Positions 37,810 to 45,896 of a stretch of DNA of 64,000 bases are shown one piece after another (the stretch's first letter is position 1; the number at the start of each line of letters is the position of its first letter). The DNA comes from Opitutia bacterium (GTDB taxonomy: Bacteria; Verrucomicrobiota; Verrucomicrobiia; Opitutales; Opitutaceae): contig CANIJN010000002.1 in assembly GCA_947467625.1 (NCBI GenBank), positions 714 to 64,713 on the forward strand, read 5' to 3'. The notes beneath the pieces are model-generated. The model saw only the letters and a list, made by a program, of their open reading frames with translations, made no database searches and was not told the origin of the DNA. The position numbers and the translations under genes are program-made.

Positions 37810-38460
37810 ATGCGCAACGTCTACCTCGTCACCGCATTCGTCGGCGTGCTGATTGTTTCCATTTTTGGATTCCGTGGCACGAAGTTCACTTCGCCCCCGA
37901 TCGAAGTGTTTCCTGAATGGGCCTTTCCGGGCATGAAGAATCAGCCCAAACCTCGTGCCCAGGGTTCTTCTGACTTTTTCGCCGATGGACGCGCCGATCG
38001 TCCTCCAGTCGAGCGCGCGGTTATGCGCGGGATGCTGCGGGAAGACGAGCACCTCAATCGGGGTAAAGACGCGACTGGTGCCTTTGCCCGCGGATTCCCC
38101 GCCGCACTTTCAGTCGAGGTTGACCTTAAGTTCCTCCAACGAGGTAGGGATCGTTTCGAGATTTATTGTGCGCCTTGCCATAGTGCAGTGGGTGATGGTG
38201 GCGGCATCACGAAACAATATGGGATGGGTGCAACGCCCACCTTCCATGACGATCGGCTCCGGAAGATGCCCGAAGGTGAAATTTATAACACGATCACCGT
38301 TGGTTCACCCAATAAAAACATGCAGTCCTACGCCGACAAACTGGCCCCGGAGGATCGCTGGGCGGTCGTCGCCTACGTCCGTGCTCTGCAACGCGCGCAG
38401 CAGGGTGTCGTCGCCGACGTCACCGACGCCGCCGGTAAACAAACCCTCGGTCTCAAATGA
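37810..38460 (+). CDS. actE: Alternative complex III subunit ActE (monoheme cytochrome c)
   Basis: 216 aa with an N-terminal TM, a single CAPCH motif and a downstream Met region (KNMQSY). Confidence 0.8.
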   Translation: MRNVYLVTAFVGVLIVSIFGFRGTKFTSPPIEVFPEWAFPGMKNQPKPRAQGSSDFFADGRADRPPVERAVMRGMLREDEHLNRGKDATGAFARGFPAALSVEVDLKFLQRGRDRFEIYCAPCHSAVGDGGGITKQYGMGATPTFHDDRLRKMPEGEIYNTITVGSPNKNMQSYADKLAPEDRWAVVAYVRALQRAQQGVVADVTDAAGKQTLGLK

Positions 38461-39734
38461 GCAGCACGCACGCAGCCACCGCCTCCTCGGCCCTTCCGTC
38501 TGACACCTCGACCGCCGCCACAGCGACAAAGGCCCTCACGGTCGGTCTCGTCGGTCTTGCGGTCACCGCTCTCGGTGTTGCCGTCATGCCCGATCGGCAC
38601 GGCCCGGTGATGTCGTACTTGGTCGGCATCACGTTCTGCACCTCGATTCTCATCGGCATGCTCATGCTGATTTTGATTCATCACATCGTGGACGCTTCCT
38701 GGTCGGTTGTGATTCGTCGGCAGTTTGAACACGCCCTCACCTCGTTCAAGTGGCTCTTCTTGCTCTTTCTCCCGTTATTGGCCCTTGCGTGGGTAAAACC
38801 TGGATTCGTCTGGCCGTGGATGGACCTCACTCACGAGCTGCATGGTCATGGTACGGTCGGGACAGATATTCTGTATCAAAAGAAGTCTGGCTTCCTGAAT
38901 TTGCACATGTTCACCGGCATGACGCTCGCGTTCTTCGCCAGCTGGGTTTGGCTATCCGCTCGCCTCCGCAAAGCTTCGTTTACGCAAGACTCCGACGGTG
39001 ACATTAAGTGGACTTTCATGAATCGGAAGACGGCGGCGATCGGTCTGCCCATCGGTGCTCTGACGCTCAGTTTTGCGGCGATCTACTGGGTCAAGTCCCT
39101 CGAGTACCATTGGTTCTCGACGATGTATGGCGTATGGTTTTTTGCGAATTGCATCCGTGGTGCCTTGGCCATCGGAGTAATTATCATGATCTGGCTTTGG
39201 AATCGTGGGGATTACAAGGGCGTGCTGAACACCAACCATTTTTACTCGATTGGTATGCTCGCTTTTGCCTTCACCGTGTTTTGGGCCTACATCACGTTCT
39301 CTCAATATTTCCTGATCTGGAATGCGAACGTCCCTGAGGAAACCTTTTGGTATAACCTCCGTGAGGTGAACCACGATGGCTCCACGAACCAATGGTGGTA
39401 TGTCGGACTCGTGCTGCTGTTCGGGCACTTTTTCATCCCGTTCCTCTACCTTCTCTCCTACAAACACAAGGTCGTCCATTCGAAGATCAAACCCATCATG
39501 TGGTGGATCTTGGCCGTCATCCTTGTCGACATGTGTTACAATATTTTACCGGCCCTGAAGGATGGGCACGGTGATTCACTTCCGTTCCTCTCGCTCAATC
39601 TTCTCTGGGTCCTGACGTCAGTGGTCGGTATTGGCGGTGTCTGCGTGTGGTCCTATCTGAAGAGTTTCCCGACAGCCAAGCTCATTCCCATCCGCGATCC
39701 TCGCATCACCGAGAGCCTTACGCACCATGAGTGA
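38457..39734 (+). CDS. actF: Alternative complex III subunit ActF (ActC-related membrane subunit)
   Basis: 425 aa, polytopic. Operon position after actE with a 4-nt overlap. Assigned mainly from its position and membrane topology. Confidence 0.75.
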   Translation: MSSTHAATASSALPSDTSTAATATKALTVGLVGLAVTALGVAVMPDRHGPVMSYLVGITFCTSILIGMLMLILIHHIVDASWSVVIRRQFEHALTSFKWLFLLFLPLLALAWVKPGFVWPWMDLTHELHGHGTVGTDILYQKKSGFLNLHMFTGMTLAFFASWVWLSARLRKASFTQDSDGDIKWTFMNRKTAAIGLPIGALTLSFAAIYWVKSLEYHWFSTMYGVWFFANCIRGALAIGVIIMIWLWNRGDYKGVLNTNHFYSIGMLAFAFTVFWAYITFSQYFLIWNANVPEETFWYNLREVNHDGSTNQWWYVGLVLLFGHFFIPFLYLLSYKHKVVHSKIKPIMWWILAVILVDMCYNILPALKDGHGDSLPFLSLNLLWVLTSVVGIGGVCVWSYLKSFPTAKLIPIRDPRITESLTHHE

Positions 39735-40059
39735 TTCATCTGCCCATTCTCCGCGGCCCGTGGCGCTGATTACCACGCTGTTTATCTTCGCCGTTGTGGC
39801 CACTGGCTGGGTCCTCGTTTCCCGCCTTTATGACCCGACGTCCACGTCGCCACAAAACGCGGTCGCCGAAAATCTCCCCAAGGAATTGGCTTGGAAGGCG
39901 ACCCCAGCAACGCGCAAGCAAGCGCTCGGTGAGCTTCGCGAGAAGCACGCCCAGCAGGCAATCGCTTATGCGTGGATCGACAAGAATACGGGCGTCGTGC
40001 AACTCCCCATTGAACGCGCGATGCAACTGACGGCCGCCCAATACGGGTCCAAGAAGTAA
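39727..40059 (+). CDS. Hypothetical single-pass membrane protein linking the act and cco-like genes
   Basis: 110 aa with one TM (VALITTLFIFAVVATGWVLV). It overlaps actF by 8 nt and ends 13 nt before the next gene. No family was recognised. Confidence 0.5.
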   Translation: MSDSSAHSPRPVALITTLFIFAVVATGWVLVSRLYDPTSTSPQNAVAENLPKELAWKATPATRKQALGELREKHAQQAIAYAWIDKNTGVVQLPIERAMQLTAAQYGSKK

Positions 40060-40072
40060 TTTAATTTTCTCG

Positions 40073-41494
40073 ATGTCTTCGACCTCCACCCACGCTGAAG
40101 TCACTGCCGCCGATACGGCTGGACGCTGGCCGGTGCTCCTCCTGCTCGCCTCTGGGCTCGGGTGGCTCGTGATCAGCGGCATTTTTGCACTCATTGCTTC
40201 CATCCAGTTGCATAGCCCGACTTTTATGTCGGCCTGTGAGTGGTTCACGCACGGTCGGGTCGGAGCCCTCGCCGAGACGTCCTTTGTCTATGGTTGGGCC
40301 GCGAACGCCGGACTCGGGATTGCACTCTGGGTCCTTGGGCGCCTTGGCGGCGCGACGCTGCGTGCCCAAAACTGGGCGATGACCGGCACTCTTTTCTGGA
40401 ATCTGGGTATCACGCTCGGTCTCGGCGGTATTGCCACGGGAGAGGCCACCTCGTTCGCATTCTTGGAATTGCCCCGTTACGTGCAGCCACTGCTCGTCGT
40501 TGCGTATATCGCCATCGGAATTTCCGGCATCCTCGCTTGGTCTGGGCGTCGGACCGAAGGGACCTATGCTTCTCATTGGTATGCCGTCGCCGCGTTGTTT
40601 CTCTTCCCTTGGCTGCTGATCGCTGCGCAGACGATGCTGCTATGGAGTCCGGTCCGCGGTGTGCTCCAGCCGATTATCGATGGCTGGTATGTGCAATCGG
40701 TATTTTCCCTGTGGCTCGCCCCGTTGGCTTTGGCCGGTGCTTATTACGTGGTACCCAAGATTACCGGACAGGCGCTTCCGAGCTACGAATTCGCGCCGCT
40801 CGCCTTTTGGACGCTCCTTTTTGTCGGTACGATGACTGGTGGACGGCATTTAATCGGGGGTCCTGTCCCGGCTTGGATTCCTACGCTAGCCAACGCTGCG
40901 TGTTGGATGGTTCTTTTTCATTTTATAGTGGTGGCGCTCAACCTCCGGGGCGCTCTGACCGGCGGTGGCACTTCCCTTACGTTCATTTCCTTCGGCCTGC
41001 TCGCTTACTTCGCTGGTGCTGTGCTGGATGCCGTCACCTCGTTCCGTGGTGTGGCTTTGGTTACCCAGTTCACGTATTTCACGACGGCTCAACAGCAACT
41101 CGCGCTCTATGGCGGAATTTCGATGCTGCTCCTCGGTTCGATTTATTTCGCGGTGCCCCGTCTAACTGGCCGTCCTTGGAACTCAGGGTCTTTCGTCCGC
41201 GGACATAGGGTGCTCGCGATGGTCGGCATTTTCCTCCTAGTCGGTTCCCTCGCGGTCGCTGGATGGATTCAGGGCACTGAGTTGAGCAACGCTAAGACCA
41301 CGTTTGGTGAAATCGCTGGTCGCACTCGTCCGTGGTTGCTGGCGGTTACGGTTGCGCAGGGCTTTTTGTTGGTCGGCAATATCCTTATTTTGGTGAATTT
41401 CCTGCGCAGCGTGAGCGATGTGTGGTGCGCTGGAGCGGTTTCCCAGGTGGGGGCCTTCCGGCAGCCAACGACGATGGAGGTTCATGCGTCATGA
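40073..41494 (+). CDS. ccoN: cbb3-type cytochrome c oxidase subunit I (CcoN) homologue, apparently lacking most metal-ligand histidines
   Basis: 473 aa, 12 or more TM. Gapless similarity to canonical CcoN helices VI-VII: IIDGWYVQSVFSLWLAPLALAGAYYVVPKITGQALPSYEFAPLAFWTLLFVGTMTGGRHLIGGPVPAW versus [68 protein letters not shown] (reference recalled from memory). See the findings for the ligand substitutions. Confidence 0.8.
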   Translation: MSSTSTHAEVTAADTAGRWPVLLLLASGLGWLVISGIFALIASIQLHSPTFMSACEWFTHGRVGALAETSFVYGWAANAGLGIALWVLGRLGGATLRAQNWAMTGTLFWNLGITLGLGGIATGEATSFAFLELPRYVQPLLVVAYIAIGISGILAWSGRRTEGTYASHWYAVAALFLFPWLLIAAQTMLLWSPVRGVLQPIIDGWYVQSVFSLWLAPLALAGAYYVVPKITGQALPSYEFAPLAFWTLLFVGTMTGGRHLIGGPVPAWIPTLANAACWMVLFHFIVVALNLRGALTGGGTSLTFISFGLLAYFAGAVLDAVTSFRGVALVTQFTYFTTAQQQLALYGGISMLLLGSIYFAVPRLTGRPWNSGSFVRGHRVLAMVGIFLLVGSLAVAGWIQGTELSNAKTTFGEIAGRTRPWLLAVTVAQGFLLVGNILILVNFLRSVSDVWCAGAVSQVGAFRQPTTMEVHAS

Positions 41495-42147
41495 TGAAAA
41501 ACGGCTTTTTCTTCTTCATCGGCCTGCTCGCCGCGTTTCTTTTGGGATGGGGTGGTATACCCCTTTTGGCCCACAAACAAATTGGTGCGCTTGCCCCATT
41601 CTACGATGACGGCGAGAGTTCATCGTTTCCGACGCGCCCTCCCGGGGTCGCGGCCCGAGGCCAACTCGTCTATGCGGATTTGGGCTGTGTGGCCTGCCAC
41701 ACGCAGCAAGTTCGTCGGCCCGATTTCGGCTCCGATAAGGCTCGTGGTTGGGGTGATCGCCAGAGCGTGGCCCGCGACTACATTTTTCAAGGTCGCCCCC
41801 AGCTTGGTGATGCGCGCATTGGGCCTGATCTTGCGAACTGGGGTGTGCGTAAACCCCCGCTCGATGCGGGTGGTATTGCGCAGTTCCTCTACAGCGGTGT
41901 GGTGAGCGGGGCCAAGGCCGTGACCCATCCCCCGTTTCCTTTTCTGTTCGACGATCGTCCGATTGTCGGTGAGGCGGCGCCCGACGCACTCGTCGGTCTA
42001 GTTGATAAAACACCCCGTCGACAGATTGTGCCGACCGAGCGTGCGCGGACGCTGATCGCGTATCTGCAGAGCTTGAATAACGCCTACGAATATCCCGAAG
42101 CACGTCATGTGGTACCCGTAGTTGCCAAGGAGGGCGCACACAAATGA
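41491..42147 (+). CDS. ccoO: cbb3-type oxidase subunit II (CcoO)-like monoheme cytochrome c
   Basis: Starts at ATG 41491 (ATGA overlap with the previous gene); the longer track ORF from 41332 is rejected. MMKNGFFFFIGLLAAFLLGW is a TM helix. GQLVYADLGCVACHTQQVRR ... SVARDY ... LGDARIGPDLANWGVR matches the CcoO pattern (GR.lY...GC..CH.Q..R ... R.GPDL...G.R). Confidence 0.8.
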   Translation: MMKNGFFFFIGLLAAFLLGWGGIPLLAHKQIGALAPFYDDGESSSFPTRPPGVAARGQLVYADLGCVACHTQQVRRPDFGSDKARGWGDRQSVARDYIFQGRPQLGDARIGPDLANWGVRKPPLDAGGIAQFLYSGVVSGAKAVTHPPFPFLFDDRPIVGEAAPDALVGLVDKTPRRQIVPTERARTLIAYLQSLNNAYEYPEARHVVPVVAKEGAHK

Positions 42148-42809
42148 GCACGCCGTTGCACCAAGATCCACGCCTCGATCAAGCCGCCTCCACAGATGAG
42201 AGCTTGCTTGCGGCGCACGATAAGCTCCTAGGTAAGCAGCCAGACGAGAAGGGCAGTTACAAACTTCCTCCGCTCCATCTCCTCTTTTTTTTCAGCGGTT
42301 TGATCTTCTTTGCGGGCACGTATCTTAATCGTTATTCCGGCATGTTTGATCCCCGCGTTTACAACGAAAATACGCTCCCTCCCAGAGGCGAAATCGTTGT
42401 CGCGAAACTTGATCCGCTCGTGCTGGGAAAGAAACAATACGAGGCGATTTGCATCACGTGTCACCAAGCCAATGGCCTAGGTTTGCCGGGCGCTTTCCCT
42501 CCGCTGGCTGGGTCTGAATGGGTGGCGGGTTCGGATGACCGTCTGATTCGCCTTGTGGTTTACGGGATGACCGGCCCCATGACTGTCAAGGGAGTGCTCT
42601 ACAACGGCGCCCAGATGCCTACGATCGGCAAGGTGGCCAATTCCCAATACAATCTTAGCGACGACAAGGTGGCCGCCGTCTTGACCTATATCCGTCACGA
42701 ATGGGGTAACACGGGTGCGCCTATCACGACCGACCAAGTCGCTGCCGTTCGCAGCAAAGAGGGCGATCGTAAGCCCTACATCGAGGCGGAGCTGCTCAAG
42801 CTCAACTAA
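42144..42809 (+). CDS. Membrane-anchored class I monoheme cytochrome c
   Basis: 221 aa with a TM helix (LHLLFFFSGLIFFAGTYL). CITCHQANGLGLPGAFPPLAGSEWV ... YNGAQMPTIG ... LSDDKVAAVLTYIRHEWGN. ATGA overlap with the ccoO-like gene. Confidence 0.8.
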   Translation: MSTPLHQDPRLDQAASTDESLLAAHDKLLGKQPDEKGSYKLPPLHLLFFFSGLIFFAGTYLNRYSGMFDPRVYNENTLPPRGEIVVAKLDPLVLGKKQYEAICITCHQANGLGLPGAFPPLAGSEWVAGSDDRLIRLVVYGMTGPMTVKGVLYNGAQMPTIGKVANSQYNLSDDKVAAVLTYIRHEWGNTGAPITTDQVAAVRSKEGDRKPYIEAELLKLN

Positions 42810-42835
42810 TTCTTGCTGGTATTTGTTAGCTCGAA

Positions 42836-42861
42836 GGCCGCGAGGAACTCGCGGTCTTTTT
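42836..42861 (+). terminator. Rho-independent terminator after the act-cco-like operon
   Basis: ggccgcgag-gaa-ctcgcggtc (8 of 9 bp stem) followed by ttttt. It lies between convergent genes. Confidence 0.6.
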
Positions 42862-42907
42862 GTGTCGGGTCAGCGGCTGCGTGCAGTTCCCTTCGGGGCT
42901 GAGCAGG

Positions 42908-43906
42908 TCACTCTCCGAGTTTTTTGCCCGGCACGAGGTGGTTTTGGACGTAATCCCGGACGCTGGCGGCCAACGGCGTCATTGCTCTGGCGTAACCGGT
43001 CGCCCGCAGCTTCGCGGTGTCGGCCTGGGTGAAGTACTGATATTTGCCGCGCAAGGCTTCCGGCATGTCGACAAAGTCGATGGCGGGCTCGCGTCCCAGC
43101 GCTGAGAAAATCGCGCGCGTCAACGTGAGCCAGGTATTCGCCTGACCGCTACCGAGATTGTAGAGTCCGCCGGCTGACGTCGCCTGTTCGGCAAAATGGA
43201 GGGTCATCTCGACCGCATCCTGCACATACAAGAAATCGCGCTTTTGCTCGCCGTCTTTAAACTCCGGTTTGTGACTCTTGAAGAGTTGAACGCGGCCGGT
43301 TGCGAGAATTTGCTGATAGGCCTTGTTAACCAGCGAACGCATATCCCCTTTGTGATCCTCATTGGGTCCGAAGACGTTGAAATACTTCACGCCAACGATT
43401 CGTCTCAACCAACCCTCCCGTTGCGCGTGTAGGTCGAAGAGATGCTTCGAGTAGCCATACATGTTTAACGGACGCAGCCGCGACAAATCGTCACTCGTAT
43501 CATCCATGCCCTGCGCGCCGTCGCCATAGGTGGCCGCCGACGACGCATAGATGAAGCGGGCGTCGTGCTCCAGCGACCAGGCCGCGAGCTCTTTGGTCAC
43601 GTTGTAATTATTGTCGATGAGGTAGGCGGCGTTTTTCTCCGTCGTGGCTGAGCAGGCGCCGAGATGGAATACGGTGGAGAATTTCCCGAACGCCGCCGGT
43701 GAGTGCCGGAGCTGTTCGCGAAAGGAATTGGCCTCGACGTAGTCGGCGAATTTCAGCGGCACCAAATTCTTCCACTTTTCATCGCAGTCGAGGAGATCAG
43801 TGATGACGATGTTGGTGTGGCCGCGCTCGTTGAGCGCCCAGACGAGTGCGCTGCCGATGAAGCCGGCGCCGCCGGTTACGAGGATACGACCGTCGAGTGT
43901 GCTCAT
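42908..43906 (-). CDS. hldD: ADP-L-glycero-D-manno-heptose 6-epimerase
   Basis: ILVTGGAGFIGSALVWALNERG ... FHLGACSATTEKNAAYLIDNNYNVTKELAAWSL ... FIYASSAATYGDG is collinear with E. coli HldD/RfaD. Confidence 0.9.
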   Translation of the reverse strand: MSTLDGRILVTGGAGFIGSALVWALNERGHTNIVITDLLDCDEKWKNLVPLKFADYVEANSFREQLRHSPAAFGKFSTVFHLGACSATTEKNAAYLIDNNYNVTKELAAWSLEHDARFIYASSAATYGDGAQGMDDTSDDLSRLRPLNMYGYSKHLFDLHAQREGWLRRIVGVKYFNVFGPNEDHKGDMRSLVNKAYQQILATGRVQLFKSHKPEFKDGEQKRDFLYVQDAVEMTLHFAEQATSAGGLYNLGSGQANTWLTLTRAIFSALGREPAIDFVDMPEALRGKYQYFTQADTAKLRATGYARAMTPLAASVRDYVQNHLVPGKKLGE

Positions 43907-43913
43907 GGTGATT

Positions 43914-44720
43914 TCAACTGTCCTTGGATAATTCCTCCGCGCGTGCCTTCGCGGCTAGTACCGTTTCCCTGACCAAGCCGCGGAAGTCCCGCGCAGCCAT
44001 CCGTTGAAGGCCAGCAAACGTCGTGCCGTTGGGCGAGGTCACTTGATCCCGCAGTGTTTCTGGTTCGATGTTTTTTTGTGCCAGCAGACGTGCGGCCCCG
44101 AGTAGCGTCTCGACGGCGAGTGTTTGGGCGGTTTCCGGCGCGAGTCCCGCGGCCACACCGGCGTCGCGCAGTGCGGCGGCGAATTCAAAAACGTAGGCCG
44201 GCCCGCTGCCGCTCACCCCCGTGACGGCGTCCATTTGCGGTTCGGCGACTTCCACGGACTTCCCGAGCGCACCAAGGATGGTTTCGACGGTGGCGCGATC
44301 GGTGGCGCTAAGTGGGGTAGTGACGCACCAGCCGGTGATCCCTGCGCCGATTTGGCCGGGCGTGTTGGGCATCGTTCGTACGATATTGCGCGCCCTAGGG
44401 AAAACGCGACGCAGGCTAGAGATTTTTTTCCCGGCGAGAACCGAGAGCACGAGTTTCCCCTCTGTCAGACTGGCGAGTGCCGGGTCAGCCGTCGCGAGGT
44501 GCTGGGGTTTGAACGCTACGACCAAGGTGTCGGCGCCGGCCAAGAGCTCGTCCAAAGAGCGCGCTTGGAGAATGCCGGTCTTTTCGGCGAGGACGGCGGC
44601 AGATTTGCCACTGGCGCTAAAACACAGGAGGTCGGATTGGGTTGCCGCGTTTTTTGCCAGCAAACCTTCGGCAAAGGCGGTGGCCATGTTGCCAGAACCG
44701 AGGAAGGCGATCATACTCAT
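43914..44720 (-). CDS. proC: Pyrroline-5-carboxylate reductase
   Basis: MSMIAFLGSGNMATAFAEGLL ... RTMPNTPGQIGAG ... SGSGPAYVFEFAAAL ... VTSPNGTTFAGL. Confidence 0.9.
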   Translation of the reverse strand: MSMIAFLGSGNMATAFAEGLLAKNAATQSDLLCFSASGKSAAVLAEKTGILQARSLDELLAGADTLVVAFKPQHLATADPALASLTEGKLVLSVLAGKKISSLRRVFPRARNIVRTMPNTPGQIGAGITGWCVTTPLSATDRATVETILGALGKSVEVAEPQMDAVTGVSGSGPAYVFEFAAALRDAGVAAGLAPETAQTLAVETLLGAARLLAQKNIEPETLRDQVTSPNGTTFAGLQRMAARDFRGLVRETVLAAKARAEELSKDS

Positions 44721-44742
44721 AGAAGTTTGTGCAGACCTTTTT

Positions 44743-44961
44743 TTAAACCGGATGAGTGTCGTCGACCGCCCCCGCGCTGAGAACCTCCCGTTTGCTTTCC
44801 TGGTCCTTGCGTGCCGTGACTAAGATCACCGGAATGTTGCGGATACTCTCGCGCTGAAATGTTCGTCCCAAGAATGGGACGTTACTGGATGGGGCATCGA
44901 CGACGTGAATCGAGGGGGCGGCCATAGAGAGAAAATGAGAACTGGCGGGTGCCCAGCGCAA
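44743..44961 (-). pseudogene. Possible relic of a response-regulator receiver domain (72-aa ORF)
   Basis: SIHVVDAPSSNVPFLGRTFQRESIRNIPVILVTARKDQESKREVLSAGAVDDTHPV resembles the receiver beta3-to-beta5 region (DLILLD..MPGMDG......IPVIMLTA.......GLEAGADDFLTKP). It lacks the N-terminal ~50 aa with the acidic pocket and ends prematurely. Confidence 0.35.
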
Positions 44962-44962
44962 G

Positions 44963-45844
44963 CTAGTGCGTTGAGCGGAGGTGAAACGCTTTGATCGTAT
45001 TCTTCATCAACATCGCGACCGTCATCGGGCCGACGCCGCCGGGGACCGGAGTGATCTTCGCGCACAGCGGCGCGACGCTCGGGAAGTGCACGTCGCCCGT
45101 GAGCCGGTAGCCCGTTTTCTTGCTGGAGTCCGGCACCCGGTTAATGCCGACGTCGATGACGACGACTCCGGGTTTCACCATGTCGGCAGTGACGAACTCG
45201 GCCCGACCGATGGCGGCGATGAGCACGTCGGCCTGGCGCGTGAGCGTCGGGAGGTTCGCGGTTCCGGAGTGGCAAATGGTGACAGTGCCGTTTGCGCCCG
45301 CACGTTTCTGGAGCGCGAGGAGCGCGATGGGCTTCCCGACGATGAGCGACCGACCCAACACGACGACGTGTTTCCCTTTGAGGTCGGTGCCGCTGCGCGC
45401 GAGGAGTTCCATGATACCGGCCGGCGTGCAGGAGACAAATCCGGTGTCATCCTCTTGAGCAATCTTGCCGAGGTTGATCGTGTTGAAGCCGTCCACATCC
45501 TTGTCGGGAGAGACGCGCCTAAAGACCGCGACCTCGTCGATGTGTTTCGGCAACGGAGACTGTACGAGAATGCCGTCTACGGTGGCGTCAGCGTTGAGGC
45601 TGTCGATCAGGGCGAACAGTTCCTCCTGCGTGATGGTGACGGGCGGAAGAATGATTCGGCTGGTGACGCCAATTTCCGCAGCGGTCTTTTCCTTTTTTTT
45701 CACATAGGAGACCGACGCGGGGTCCTCGCCTACGCGCACTAAGGCGAGGCATGGTTTGCGGCCCGTGAACGTGGCGACTTCGGCCTTGAGTTCGGCGATG
45801 AGGGCGGTGGCGGCTTGATTTCCGTCGATCAATTCCATGAGCAA
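44963..45844 (-). CDS. folD: Bifunctional methylenetetrahydrofolate dehydrogenase/methenyl-THF cyclohydrolase
   Basis: [20 protein letters not shown] ... [17 protein letters not shown] ... [16 protein letters not shown] ... [19 protein letters not shown]. Confidence 0.92.
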   Translation of the reverse strand: MLMELIDGNQAATALIAELKAEVATFTGRKPCLALVRVGEDPASVSYVKKKEKTAAEIGVTSRIILPPVTITQEELFALIDSLNADATVDGILVQSPLPKHIDEVAVFRRVSPDKDVDGFNTINLGKIAQEDDTGFVSCTPAGIMELLARSGTDLKGKHVVVLGRSLIVGKPIALLALQKRAGANGTVTICHSGTANLPTLTRQADVLIAAIGRAEFVTADMVKPGVVVIDVGINRVPDSSKKTGYRLTGDVHFPSVAPLCAKITPVPGGVGPMTVAMLMKNTIKAFHLRSTH

Positions 45845-45896
45845 AAGAGTTTCCGAACCGTCGGAGGGTGGCCTCCGGGCTTTCGGGCGAGCAGCA

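Noticed and set aside
40240-41208. 322-aa plus-strand alternative frame inside the ccoN-like gene.
   Set aside because: It is Arg/Cys/Trp-rich with no TM pattern. The annotated frame has 12 or more TM helices and CcoN similarity. I checked this to be sure that the missing-histidine observation is not a frame error; no frameshift is needed to read the full 473-aa protein.
41332-41490. N-terminal extension of the ccoO-like ORF in the track.
   Set aside because: It overlaps the ccoN-like 3' end. The ATG at 41491 gives an ATGA coupling and the typical CcoO N-terminal TM helix.
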